DNA of 64,000 nt, from positions 55,676,001 to 55,740,000 of the forward strand of contig CM060731.1 of the NCBI GenBank assembly GCA_030704615.1, given 5' to 3'. The notes beneath the pieces were generated by a model. It saw only the letters and a program-made list of their open reading frames with translations, made no database searches and was not told where the DNA came from. Position numbers and translations under genes: made by a program. Shown piece by piece: positions 26,801 through 37,498 of the stretch (position 1 is the stretch's first letter; each line of letters begins with the position of its first letter). This stretch comes from Takakia lepidozioides. Lineage: Eukaryota; Plantae; Bryophyta.

Positions 26801-27236
26801 TGATTGGGCCAGACACTATGATAGGAGACTTTGCGGTAGTACCTTGTAATCTTTTCATCTCCTCTACTAGTGCGTTGTACATTATGTCCGCCCATTGTAC
26901 CTCTTGTCCCTTCAGGCCTTTGAGTATTTCCTCCGTGAAGGATCTGCTCAAATATTGTTGGTTCTGTTTCAGGGCAAACAGAACGTTCAATACCTGGCCT
27001 ATCTCTTTTAACCCTGGGTACACAGCTTTGGTACAAGCATAACCCTGAGTTTTAAAGAAACTCCCTTCTTGGAATAAGTCCCCTATTTGCAGTCTTGCCC
27101 TGTGTTCCCCCACATGCACCTGACCTGCTGGCAATTGAAACAATTGCTGGAGGTATAGGGGAGTAATCATTAATTCAACTCCCTTCACCGTTGTTGTTCC
27201 TGTCCTTGGCTCAAAGTTCTGCAAAAATTGTAACAT
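23842..27236 (-). pseudogene. Family Y extension ORF (coiled-coil-rich; N-terminal part resembles plant retrotransposon accessory ORFs)
   Basis: ORFs 25188..27236 (682 aa) and 23842..25128 (428 aa). The TAA at 27237 is TAC in copies 1, 2 and 4. Confidence 0.8.
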
Positions 27237-29183
27237 TTACTGTCTATGGTGTAGTGTCCAATCTAGGCTTTGCAATCCTTCCAATCTCAGCTCCTCCAGT
27301 ATCTTTATCGCCTGTGGGGTAGCCATCGTTTGTTTCTGCAGAATTGTGGTGCTCTTCACCCTGATTTCCTCCATTCCTCTCACTCTCTTCATCTTAGACT
27401 CACAGAACTGCTTTGGCTGTAACAACTGCAGGAATGCCTGTAGTGCACAAAGCATAAACGTATGGTTGCCGCAGAAAGCTATGGGTAATCTCTTGTAAGC
27501 CTGCGGGGCTTGCAAGCATTGCTCAAGAGAAAAGCTCTGCTCTGTCGTTTCGTGTCTATGCCACTGCGTAAGTAATATTGCGAGCGTATAGTCTGTTAGT
27601 TCCTCCATAGTTTCCAAGTTATAGCATTTATGGCCTGTCTTGTCGAGACGCCCGTTACTCAGAACGACACCGCCTCTTGCGCTCAATTTCCCTCCATTTT
27701 CTTGATCATTTCTCTGGTTTTCTATTGGCTGTATCTGCTGTGACTGGATTTTAACTTTTATCTTCTTTAGTGGACTTTCCCTGTTGGATAGTCCACTAGG
27801 ATCACACATGCGACATGAATTCGGCTTTTCTGTACTTGCCGTTCGTTCCGTTTCCCTTTTTCCGTATTCATTAATGGGCCTGGCTTTCATCCCTTTTGAC
27901 GGCCGTTCTTGTCTTCTTTCTTTTTGACACCTGTCCTTGCACTTCATTGTCTGCTGTGTGTCGCGCCCTGACCTCCACGTGTCTATTTTTAAAGTAATTT
28001 CCGTTTCCTCTTCCGTCATCCATTTTCCTGAAGTTATTATGTGTCCACTTGTCACTGATTCTATGGATGGTGTAACTTTAGTAGGCTGTGTTGAGCTGTG
28101 ACAGGCTGTGTCATACTGTGTTACGCTGTGATAGGCTGTGATGCACTGTGGTAAGCTGTGATAGGCTGTGACACGCTGTGGTAGGTTGTGATAGGCTGTG
28201 TTGCGCCGTGCTGGGCTGTGATAAGCTGTGTTGCGCCTTGCTGGGCTGTGATAGGTTGTGTCACGTCGTGATGGGCTGTGATAGGCTGTGTTACGCCTTG
28301 CTGGGCTGTGATAGGTTGTGTCACGTCGTGATGGGCTGTGATAGGCTGTGTCACGTCGTGATGGGCTGTGATAGGCTGTGTTGCGCCTTGATGGGCTGTG
28401 ATAGGCTGTGTCACGTTTGTTTTGCCCACCCTGGTCATATATGCTGGGCCTAGCGACAAGTGTTCCATACTCCGTTCGTAACACTGGTGCAGTCCGTGAC
28501 TGTTCTTGCGGTTCTATATGCAAATCATGCTGCAGGGGTTTGTCATGGATACCACTATACCCCTTCAACTTATTTGCATTGACTCTTCCCAGCATTTCTT
28601 TGTTAATGGTTTGTAACATGGCGGTGTTGTTATCATACATCTTTTGTATGACATAAGGTCCTTTCCACGGTGATTTTAGCTTATAAGCTTCAATCTTTCC
28701 TTTCTTCTGCAACCATAGAACCAAATCCCCCGTCTTAAAAGTCTTTATCTTGCCTTCATCAAACTGTTCCTTTCGCTTCATCTGAATTCTGGTCATATTA
28801 TCAGCTGCATCAGCACGTACTTCTTCCACATGGTATAATTCATGTTTCCTGACCTTGATGGAGTCTTGCAATTCCATTCTTTTTCCCCACTCCGTTCTCA
28901 TGGTAGGTAACAGGAATTCCACTGGAAGTAAGGCTTCCATACCATAAACTAATTGGAATGGTGTATACTTAGTGGTGACTTTATATGAAGTCCTGTATGA
29001 CCATAAAGCTGTCAGCAGCTTTGTATCCCAATCCGTTCTGTTTGCATTGACTATCTTAGCCAAAATAGTACATAGTATTTTGTTGGTAGCCTCTGCCTGC
29101 CCATTACCATGTGGGTAATATGTTGTACTCTTTCTATGCACAATCATAAACTCTTTAGTCAACAACTCAATGGTCTCATTCAT
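27237..29183 (-). CDS. Integrase C-terminal half + GPY module + decapeptide repeats + linker running in frame into the extension ORF
   Basis: GNGQAEATNK, WKGPY, (TAYHSPSRRD)n in one 648-aa frame. Confidence 0.8.
   Translation of the reverse strand: MNETIELLTKEFMIVHRKSTTYYPHGNGQAEATNKILCTILAKIVNANRTDWDTKLLTALWSYRTSYKVTTKYTPFQLVYGMEALLPVEFLLPTMRTEWGKRMELQDSIKVRKHELYHVEEVRADAADNMTRIQMKRKEQFDEGKIKTFKTGDLVLWLQKKGKIEAYKLKSPWKGPYVIQKMYDNNTAMLQTINKEMLGRVNANKLKGYSGIHDKPLQHDLHIEPQEQSRTAPVLRTEYGTLVARPSIYDQGGQNKRDTAYHSPSRRNTAYHSPSRRDTAYHSPSRRDTTYHSPARRNTAYHSPSRRDTTYHSPARRNTAYHSPARRNTAYHNLPQRVTAYHSLPQCITAYHSVTQYDTACHSSTQPTKVTPSIESVTSGHIITSGKWMTEEETEITLKIDTWRSGRDTQQTMKCKDRCQKERRQERPSKGMKARPINEYGKRETERTASTEKPNSCRMCDPSGLSNRESPLKKIKVKIQSQQIQPIENQRNDQENGGKLSARGGVVLSNGRLDKTGHKCYNLETMEELTDYTLAILLTQWHRHETTEQSFSLEQCLQAPQAYKRLPIAFCGNHTFMLCALQAFLQLLQPKQFCESKMKRVRGMEEIRVKSTTILQKQTMATPQAIKILEELRLEGLQSLDWTLHHRQ
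28081..28415 (-). repeat. 30-bp coding tandem repeat (~11 units)
   Basis: GGCTGTGATAGGCTGTG-based units with a 30-bp period. Confidence 0.85.
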
Positions 29184-29212
29184 GAAGTGACTTCCTTGAT
29201 CACTGATAAATT

Positions 29213-31740
29213 CTAAGGGACATCCAAATCGTGTAAGTATGTTCTCGTACAGGAACCTGCTGTGGACTTGGCTGTGTTGTCCCTCAAAGCTTTAGCTTCC
29301 ACCCACTTTGTAGTATAATCAGTGGCTGTAATTATGTACTTGTTTCGTGTATTCTTGGATGGTGGATTAATTGGTCCAACAAAGTCTAGTCCCCATTTCT
29401 GAAATGGTTCCGTAGGCATTGTAGGATGCAAGGCCATTCTTCCAGATCTCTGCAAAGGTCCTAGCCTCTGACATTCATCACACTTCTGACAATACTCGTG
29501 TACATCTTTGAACAAAGTAGGCCACCAGTATCCTGCGAGTAGTATCTTTCTACTGGTAGTCTCTTCTCCAAAATGACCTCCAGCCACTCCTTTATGAACT
29601 TCTTCCAAGACTTTATTTACTTCATGGTGGTACAAGCATCGTTTTAGTACTCCATCAGGTCCTAACTTATACATTCTGCTTCCTACCATAGTATAAGGTA
29701 AAGCTTTGATAGCAATTCTCTTCCTCTGCTCTTTACCATAACTAGGTGGGCACTGACCATGAGCAAGGTAGTATCTGATTGGCCACTGCCAATCTAACCA
29801 TTCATCTGCACTTCCTTGCACCTCCATTACAAATAAACTCGCATCAGGTAACTGATCTTCCACTCCTGTGGCGGCCTCTCCTGTTGTTAGTCGTGACCAA
29901 TGATCTGCCACAAGATGCAAACGGCCAGGCTTGTAAATAACCTCGAACTCAAACTCATGCAAGATTATTAACCACCTCGCTATCCTTCCACTTATCAAAG
30001 GTTTGTTCACCAGATATATCAGAGCCTGGTGATCCACATAAAACATAAACTTTCTTCCCAATAGGTAATGCCTGAATTTCTTGACTGCATAAATCATTGC
30101 CAATGCTTCTCTTTCCGTTGTACTATAGTTCCTCTCAGCACTGTTCATCAATCGGCTAGCATAGTACACAGGTGAATCTATATTCCCTGTAACATTCTGG
30201 GCTAACACCGCACCCAACGCTTCTCCTGATGCATCGCAGTGAATATGAAATACTACATGCCAGTGAGGGTTAATCAGCACAGGTGTAGTTGTTACTGACA
30301 GTGTAAGTTCCTCAAACGCCTGTTGACATTCAGCTGTCCAGGCAAACACTGCATCTTTCTTCAGAAGCTTGCTCAATGGTGCTGCTATTTGTGCATACCT
30401 TTTGACAAATCTTCTGTAATAACTGGTTTGCCCAAGGAATCTCCTTAAACTCTTAACATTCACTGGTGGTGGAGAGACTTTAATGGACTCTGTCTTCCTG
30501 GGATCCACAAGAAGTCCCTTCTTACACACAATGTGTCCCAGAAGCACCCCTGAGTTCACACAGAAAGTACACTTCTCTGGATTCAAGCCCAGACCTCTCA
30601 TCCTGCATCTGGCCAGGCATAACTCCAATTTATGCAAGTGCTCATTCTTAGAGCTGTACACACTGAAATCATCCAAAAACACCTGCATGAAATCATCCAG
30701 ATACTCATGAAAAGATTCACTTATCACTCTCTGAAAGGTCGCTGGTGCATTACAAAGTCCAAAGGGCATGACTTTGTATGCATAAGCCCCCCAGTCTGTG
30801 ATGAAAGCTGTTTTCCCTTTGTCTTCTTCTGCCACTTGCACTTGATTATAACCACTAAAGCCATCCATGAATGAGTACATCTCATGGCCTGCCACAGTGT
30901 CTAATACTGCTTCTGTGAATGGCAAAGGGAAAGGATCTTTCTTCGTACAAGCATTCAGCTTCTTATAGTTCACACATACTCTTAGCTTGCCATTCTTCTT
31001 TGGAACTATAACAATGGGTGACAACCAAGTTGTATACTCTATTGGGTATATAAACTTAGCCTCAGCCAACTTCTTTATCTCTTCTCCAACCTTTTGTGCG
31101 TAGTTGGGATTCATTCTATACCTCGCCTGCTTGATTGGTACTGACCCTGGTTCCAGTTCAATCTTATGCTGACAGACTTCAGGTGGTATCCCTTTTAGAT
31201 CCTCATAGCTCCAAGCAAATACATCTCTATATTTGATGAACAAGCTTTTAGCTTCTTCGAAGAATTCCGGCTCCAAATCAGCTCCTACTTTCACCATTCT
31301 CGGTTCCTCCTGAGTTCCCACATTTACTTCTCTCACCTGCTCATCAGCTGTGATTGTCCAACCAGTCACCACTTCATCCTTTAAGCTCACAGTGGCTGGT
31401 TCTTCTAGGATTTCTATCTCTCCCTCATTTTCTTCATAGAAATGTGGTGGGTAACTGCTGGTTTCCTCTTCAATTGGTGTTGCCGACACTACACCACAGC
31501 AGATACCTCTTAAACAACTTAGGCTTTCCAGCCGCATCTCCGCAACCTGCTCCCATTCTGGGTGTGCAGCAAATAGGGTAGCTTCCTGCTCCTCATCCAG
31601 TCCTCCTCTCCAGTCATACTCTCTGACTCCTCGAGGTCTTCTTGTAGCAGGTAATCTACTAGATTTCTTTGTGGTAATTTGTATCTCGTGCATCCCATTA
31701 TGCACAGTTAGTAACTGAGAATTCCAGTCATGGAATACCC
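29213..31740 (-). CDS. pol: pol: RT-RNase H-integrase N-terminal half of family Y copy 3
   Basis: The 858-aa ORF carries the RT, RH and INT motifs; its first ~16 codons come from the LTR of element B. Confidence 0.93.
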
Positions 31741-33880
31741 TGTAGTGTGAATGCAGGGGAGTAACATTGAAAATTTTGTTGGGCATCAAATTACAGCATT
31801 GATGAAAAAGGGAGTGCCTGGTACTAATGTCGGGAGGGAATTACCCAGGCCTACAGGTAATTCCATGGGAACACTATGCTCTTGCTCTGCCAGGACAAAA
31901 TATGGCTAAGTCATAACATGCGCATTTTTCATCCTTGGAATGAATGATTTTCGTCGCGTATGTTTAACCTAGAAACTCGAGCTGAGGAAAACGAGGAGGA
32001 AGACGACGGGCAACTCTTCACAGCTGCTGCCGTGGAGTTGTCAGGCAGGCTGGCTTGGGAACTTACACCTGCGCCATGTGAATCAGCTTGCCTTAAAGCG
32101 CGACGTTAAGGGATCTGCTTGGCATTTTGTGCAAGGAGAAGCGGTGCCTCTTTCTGCGTGGTAATAATCAATTTTGAAAGCTGAGCAGGTGCTAAGAGCG
32201 GTGCACTACCGCTGCCGCCATTGTCTTGAAGAGTACAGTTATGAGGAGATAGAGCGCAGCAACAGCTGTTGGGGAATGAGAAGTGCAGGCTGGTGTGGAT
32301 GCGACTCGGGTTATCTGTAATTAAGACTTGTAGTTACCTTCTGTCTTAGAGCTGTAGGAGCACATCAATCCTTAGGGCAGAAGTACACATGTAGAAGGAT
32401 AGGGTAGAGGTTGGCAAGCACAAGGATGTTGCCAGCTGATGAAGCAAGCCGTCATGACATGATGAGAACTGGAATCAAGATGAGAAGAAGCGTTGAATAT
32501 GGCTGATGACAGCGATGGTGAGGTGCCAGCTTAGCAGGCAGAACCACCGCTTCACACGAGTATAAGACAGATAAGTTCTAAGAGTGTTGGGTCTCTTTTT
32601 GGGCACTTAGGAATGACTTTGTGAAGTTTTTGGAACTGTCTCTTGTATCTGCTGAAGGGGACAGAAATGTGAGGAGTAGAAAGGCCCTTTGAAAATGGAA
32701 TGAAGACACTGGAATTCAAACCAGGATAGGGTGGAGATGGATGCACCTGTTGTTACACTGTCATTAAGAAAAAGAGAGAGGGGACAAGGATAGCTCACAT
32801 CAGGGTCAGAATGGTTGCTGTTGTTGTGTTCCTTTTCTTTATTTTCAGTGTATTCAGGCACCATAAGCAAACCAGCCCTGGATGTTAAAACAGTGGAGCC
32901 AGTGTAGAACTAGCTTGGTGGATAAAGGAGAACAGGGATGGTCAGACAGAGACGGATTTGAAGAACTGAGAGGGATGACGTGGATGGGGAAGAAAAGTCA
33001 ATACTGTTTTGGGGTTGTGGATCTGATTTATAGAAGTGTTCTCAACATGTGAATGACTGAGGTTTGCATTTGAGGAGAAAAAGAGAGCTGTCAGGGTGTG
33101 TGATTTGAGATCTGTAGAAGGGTTGTGAAGCACCTTGGCCAAATAGGATCCACTTGGGGAAAGATAGTGCAAGGACCATTCACTGGAGAGAGAGAAAAAG
33201 AGAAAGACTGACAGAGGGGCAGATCATGTCTTGTAACCAAGGTTGACCTCAATGATGGATGCACTGGATGCCTGGCTGGATGTGCACTTGCATTGCATCA
33301 TAGCCATGCTGTTGTAAAAAAGTGAGGAATCCACACACCAAGGAAAAAGAGAGTGAGAGAAAGAAAAAGTGAAAAGGGAGAAAGGGTTGATGAGGGATGG
33401 ACATCAGGAGAGGCAAGGTCAAGAAGACATGAACCCTGAATGATCAAACTAGTGGGCCTGCAGTTCATGGCAGATCTGAGCTGTCACCCACCTAGACCGT
33501 GATCTCATTACAAAAAGGGGCTTCCGACGTGTTGCAGACCAAGGGAACTGCCCACAAGGGCAGTGTTTATCACTGACATAGGGCTGATTGCATCACTGAA
33601 TACATCGTGGCAGCATAGTTGGTGCTATACCTGCAGGTAGAGGATGTTGTGTAAAAGGTAGAACCAAGAGTGAACAACAATTTGACTCCCCATCCATGTC
33701 TTCTCTTCCGCTGCGGCGTGGATGAGGATTGCTTGAACTCTGATCACAAAGGAGCTGAGGGAAACCCACAGCCAAGTGACGACAGTTGGACAGAAAAGAA
33801 GAACCTTCTTTCTTTTGCTCCGCTTAGAATGGAAGGAAGCACAATTAGAATTATACAGAAGGGGATTCACGCCCCTTCTT

Positions 33881-33892
33881 TGGTATCAGAGC
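33881..33892 (+). promoter_or_regulatory. PBS tRNA-iMet of element B
   Basis: TGGTATCAGAGC. Confidence 0.9.
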
Positions 33893-33950
33893 TACGCTGG
33901 ATCTTGTCTGAGAGTTGTAGGTTTTCAGTGTAGCAAGATAGGAGAGTGAT

Positions 33951-35471
33951 TTGCGAGCAATGGTGACTAACATTCCATTTTACGGAAAGAAGGATGAGGA
34001 TGTTTGCAGCTGGATCCAGAATCTGAAAAGGGATGGTGAGAGGAGGAGCTTTGACGAGCACAAGTTATTTATATCGGCAAGGCTGAATCTCAAGGCACGG
34101 GCTGACACTTGGCATCGAATGCAAAAACCAAGGTCCATGAACTGGCATGATTTTCAAGTAGCCATAATCTTGAAATTTGGAGAAGAAGGTCAATCAAGTA
34201 AGAGTAAAGTGATGTTAGCAAGGAAGTTTGATGGGATAGATACAAATGTGGAAGAGTATGCTACAGGAATGGAGGAGAAATTGTCTCTGATTGAGAAGGA
34301 TACTCACAACAGGTTCACACCTGTGAGTTCTATTGATCATGAACCTATACCAGATCACAAAACCATGTCACGGAGGTGCTTTAGGGAGAAGAACCAAATC
34401 AGCGAAGTCCATGCAATGCTTCCTCGAGTTCTCAGCTTGAACAGCCCAAGGCAGCAAGTAGAGTGTTGCACTGCATGTCCATCAAGACAGAATCAGATCC
34501 GAAGTGAAAAGAATCACCGGCTGGGGCTGCAAGTGGGAACATGTGGAATGCAAGATTCATGCTGTGGAATGTTTGAACAATGGGAATCGAAGAGCAGCAG
34601 AAGGATGGAGTGCGAATGTGTAAGCTCTCTTGGCACAAACGTTGTGAATGTGTTTTGTGATGAGGAAGGAGAGATCATGGAAGACATCTTTTGTTCAACA
34701 GAGGATCAATCAGGTGTCAATGAAGAGTGTACACCTAGATTGCAAGTTCCTGTGCAGTTCCCAAGGTCTTATACAAGGGCACATGTAGGGCAAGACATAC
34801 CTGGGGAGTTTGGGCATGATACCACCAACTCCCCAAGCAATAGTGGTACAACCGGTGAAGTGAGTGTCATAAGAGAGGAAGATGTCAAGGAGTCTTGGAC
34901 AGATCTGATGGAATGGGTGAAGGAAGAGTGTACTTTGCTTGCTCAAACTAGACAGGATATAGATCAAGATGCACACCTAGATCAAAACATACTTGGGGAG
35001 CTGAGAGAAGTTGCATCTCGATTAAGAACAGACTTGGTGGAGAAGGAATTAAAGGTGAAAGATGCACGAGATGACGTTGTAGCTGCCCTAGCCCTACGGA
35101 GAGAAACTGAAGTCCAGGTGGAGAACCTAGTCATGGAAAATCAACATTTACGGTTGGCCCTCGAGAAAGCTGACCGAGAGCTGAGTGGGGCCAAAGAAGA
35201 GTGCGTGGATAAGCTCCGTGGTGATAACAAGCATCTTCAGGCAGATGTGCAACGGCTCCAGCTACTTTTGGAGTCGAGTACGTCATCAGTCAATGACATG
35301 TTCATGGGGACACCAGGTACCCTAAGTCAGGACAAAGAAGAGGAAACAGAAGCTTCTTTGGATGTTGGACCATTGACAATGTTGGGAGAAATGAAGGGAA
35401 CATGGAGTATCAAGTGTTGGAGGATTCATGCAAGGGAGAGGCCCTGCAGATTGAAGAAGAAATCTGTCTAA
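33951..35471 (+). CDS. Chimeric gag-derived ORF with a coiled-coil segment
   Basis: The N-terminus aligns by eye with gag of A (IPFYGKKDEDVCSWI..ARLNLKARADTW vs VPYHGRNSEDVNDWL..ARLNLRAKADEW). Confidence 0.65.
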   Translation: MRAMVTNIPFYGKKDEDVCSWIQNLKRDGERRSFDEHKLFISARLNLKARADTWHRMQKPRSMNWHDFQVAIILKFGEEGQSSKSKVMLARKFDGIDTNVEEYATGMEEKLSLIEKDTHNRFTPVSSIDHEPIPDHKTMSRRCFREKNQISEVHAMLPRVLSLNSPRQQVECCTACPSRQNQIRSEKNHRLGLQVGTCGMQDSCCGMFEQWESKSSRRMECECVSSLGTNVVNVFCDEEGEIMEDIFCSTEDQSGVNEECTPRLQVPVQFPRSYTRAHVGQDIPGEFGHDTTNSPSNSGTTGEVSVIREEDVKESWTDLMEWVKEECTLLAQTRQDIDQDAHLDQNILGELREVASRLRTDLVEKELKVKDARDDVVAALALRRETEVQVENLVMENQHLRLALEKADRELSGAKEECVDKLRGDNKHLQADVQRLQLLLESSTSSVNDMFMGTPGTLSQDKEEETEASLDVGPLTMLGEMKGTWSIKCWRIHARERPCRLKKKSV

Positions 35472-35514
35472 GAGGAAAGAGCTTACAGATCACTCCAGAG
35501 ATGGAAGAAGTGGT

Positions 35515-37440
35515 GTGAAAAGGAGCCTGGAAGATCGAGACCTGACAACACCTAAACTTGCACATGATGACATGAAAAGTGGAGAAGTCATTAGGGCAGG
35601 CAAAGGGGCCGAAAACCATGTGTGGAAGCCGAGAGTTTGGACATGCGAAGGCTTGCATTATGTGGAAGAGGGTCACAAGGAGAAGATGCATGACAATGAG
35701 GAGGTTCTTCCGGGAATAGATCCGCCAAGAAAAGAGGGCAAATGGTGTCAAAAGTGGTGGCAAGGCACAAGGAGATCATTCATTGCTGACTGCAGCATAC
35801 TCAGGTTCACAAGCTGTGTACCGAAGTGTCAAGGACGGAGAGAGGGTGCTAAGGCATGGATACGACATGCTATCTTGGTGGTAATTATGTGCTGCAGGTG
35901 CCTATGGCAGACAGTGAAGAACTGGTTGGAGCAGGCCATGCTAATGACGATTTTGTGCTGCCAATACATATGGTGTATGCAGCTCAGCAATCTGAAGCAA
36001 GGTTGTAAAAGAATGGCTGGCCCTGGTGGAAGATGGAAGCAAACATGGGCAGAGAAAGGACCTGCATACACACCAAGACACCAGCTCAAGAGGGGAGCAA
36101 GTTTGGGGAGCTGCCTTTGGCGGGTAATTTCTGTGGACATACCTGAAGGAGACAGAGATATACCAGCAGAGGTAATTCAATATAGAGGCAATGAGCTTTC
36201 TACAGATGCTGGAAATGAAGGAGAGAAGCCCAAACAGGTGACGTTCCTGTGTGTGTTGAATGCATGTGCGAACCTGGCAGACCTGGTAAAAGGCGAAGAG
36301 GTCCATGGTGACAGTATCAAATCTGGTATTGCACCAGATATCATTATGGAGACTGCCATTGTTGACAGGTATGCCAAACGTGTGTGTGACAATATGTCTC
36401 ACAGAAAAGTGGGGCCATGGAGAGTAATGATTGCAGGTTATGCCCAGCATGGCTCTGAAGCACAGACCCTGCAACTGTTTGAACAAATGAAGCAGGAAGG
36501 TATGCCACCCAATCTGCTCTCATGGAGTGCAATGATTTCAGGATATGCCCAGCATGGTTGTGAAATTCAGGCTCAGGAGATGGATGGGCAGTTGATGTGG
36601 GAGGCTATGAAGCCTACCCATGTCACGATCACTTCTACTTACAAAGCATACACCAGCCCTGAATCTCTTAAAGAGGGCAGGCTGGTTGAAAGGGAAGAAG
36701 GAAGGCATGGTAACCAGAGGGTTGCCCATGACTTGCCACCAACAATGCAAATGAAATTGCAGCCTGCTGTTGAGGACAACCTACATGCAGGAAATGAGGC
36801 AGTACGAAAGCTGCAAGTGTCGATGGGAGCACAAGTGGTAGCTGAGATTCAAAACAAGGAGCCAGGGAGCAACAACAAAATTGGGAAACGCTGGTTTGTG
36901 TGGGAAGGAGATCAGGACCTGCCTGGCATGAACTACAAGAAGAGGAAGAAGGCATTTTCACAAATTGGATTTGCTCTGGCCAGCGGAACAAATGGACAGC
37001 CGGGACGCTGTCACTTAAAAAAGAGAAGTTGGACGACGATGCAAGCTCAGGGATGGAGCACGAAAACTGTGGCCAGGGAAGAAGGCCAAGAAATCGGCAT
37101 GATGAGTTGCATGGAAACCAGGTGGTGGTGTCAGTTTGAGAACAACCCTGCTCGCACCAGCCAGACAGAAGTGGCCATGAAGATTATGAGCAGAGAGGGG
37201 TTTCCCTTTGCTGAAGGCCAAGGCATGACAATCAAAAACAATATTATGAACGGACCTCTCCAAGATATCTGGAGCAGAAACAGAAGAGGAATTAACACAA
37301 TGTGCCTGTTGGGAGTACCTTATGATCCTGGAAGGGAAGCTGCACGAAGATGCAGGTTGAGAGATGGAGCAGACAAGGAATGGGTAAGAAATAGGAGGGA
37401 TTTAAAACCCTTCATACCACCAATAGGTGATCAGCCATGA
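35515..37440 (+). CDS. Chimeric ORF with captured PLS-type PPR repeats and an integrase C-terminal tail
   Basis: VTFLCVLNAC..GEEVH..TAIVDRYAK..W..MIAGYAQHG..PNLLSWSAMISGYAQHG. It ends EAARRCRLRDGADKEWVR..GDQP, as does the integrase of A. Confidence 0.7.
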   Translation: MKRSLEDRDLTTPKLAHDDMKSGEVIRAGKGAENHVWKPRVWTCEGLHYVEEGHKEKMHDNEEVLPGIDPPRKEGKWCQKWWQGTRRSFIADCSILRFTSCVPKCQGRREGAKAWIRHAILVVIMCCRCLWQTVKNWLEQAMLMTILCCQYIWCMQLSNLKQGCKRMAGPGGRWKQTWAEKGPAYTPRHQLKRGASLGSCLWRVISVDIPEGDRDIPAEVIQYRGNELSTDAGNEGEKPKQVTFLCVLNACANLADLVKGEEVHGDSIKSGIAPDIIMETAIVDRYAKRVCDNMSHRKVGPWRVMIAGYAQHGSEAQTLQLFEQMKQEGMPPNLLSWSAMISGYAQHGCEIQAQEMDGQLMWEAMKPTHVTITSTYKAYTSPESLKEGRLVEREEGRHGNQRVAHDLPPTMQMKLQPAVEDNLHAGNEAVRKLQVSMGAQVVAEIQNKEPGSNNKIGKRWFVWEGDQDLPGMNYKKRKKAFSQIGFALASGTNGQPGRCHLKKRSWTTMQAQGWSTKTVAREEGQEIGMMSCMETRWWCQFENNPARTSQTEVAMKIMSREGFPFAEGQGMTIKNNIMNGPLQDIWSRNRRGINTMCLLGVPYDPGREAARRCRLRDGADKEWVRNRRDLKPFIPPIGDQP

Positions 37441-37467
37441 AGGTGGTCAGTGAGGACCCTGACACTT

Positions 37468-37498
37468 AAAAGGGGAGACACACTACATATGTAGTGTG
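37468..37498 (+). promoter_or_regulatory. PPT + 20-bp palindrome of element B
   Basis: AAAAGGGGAGA CACACTACATATGTAGTGTG. Confidence 0.9.

Noticed and set aside
23842-27236. env-like gene
   Set aside because: The position fits, but I see no signal peptide or convincing transmembrane helix; the protein is mostly coiled-coil and hydrophilic.
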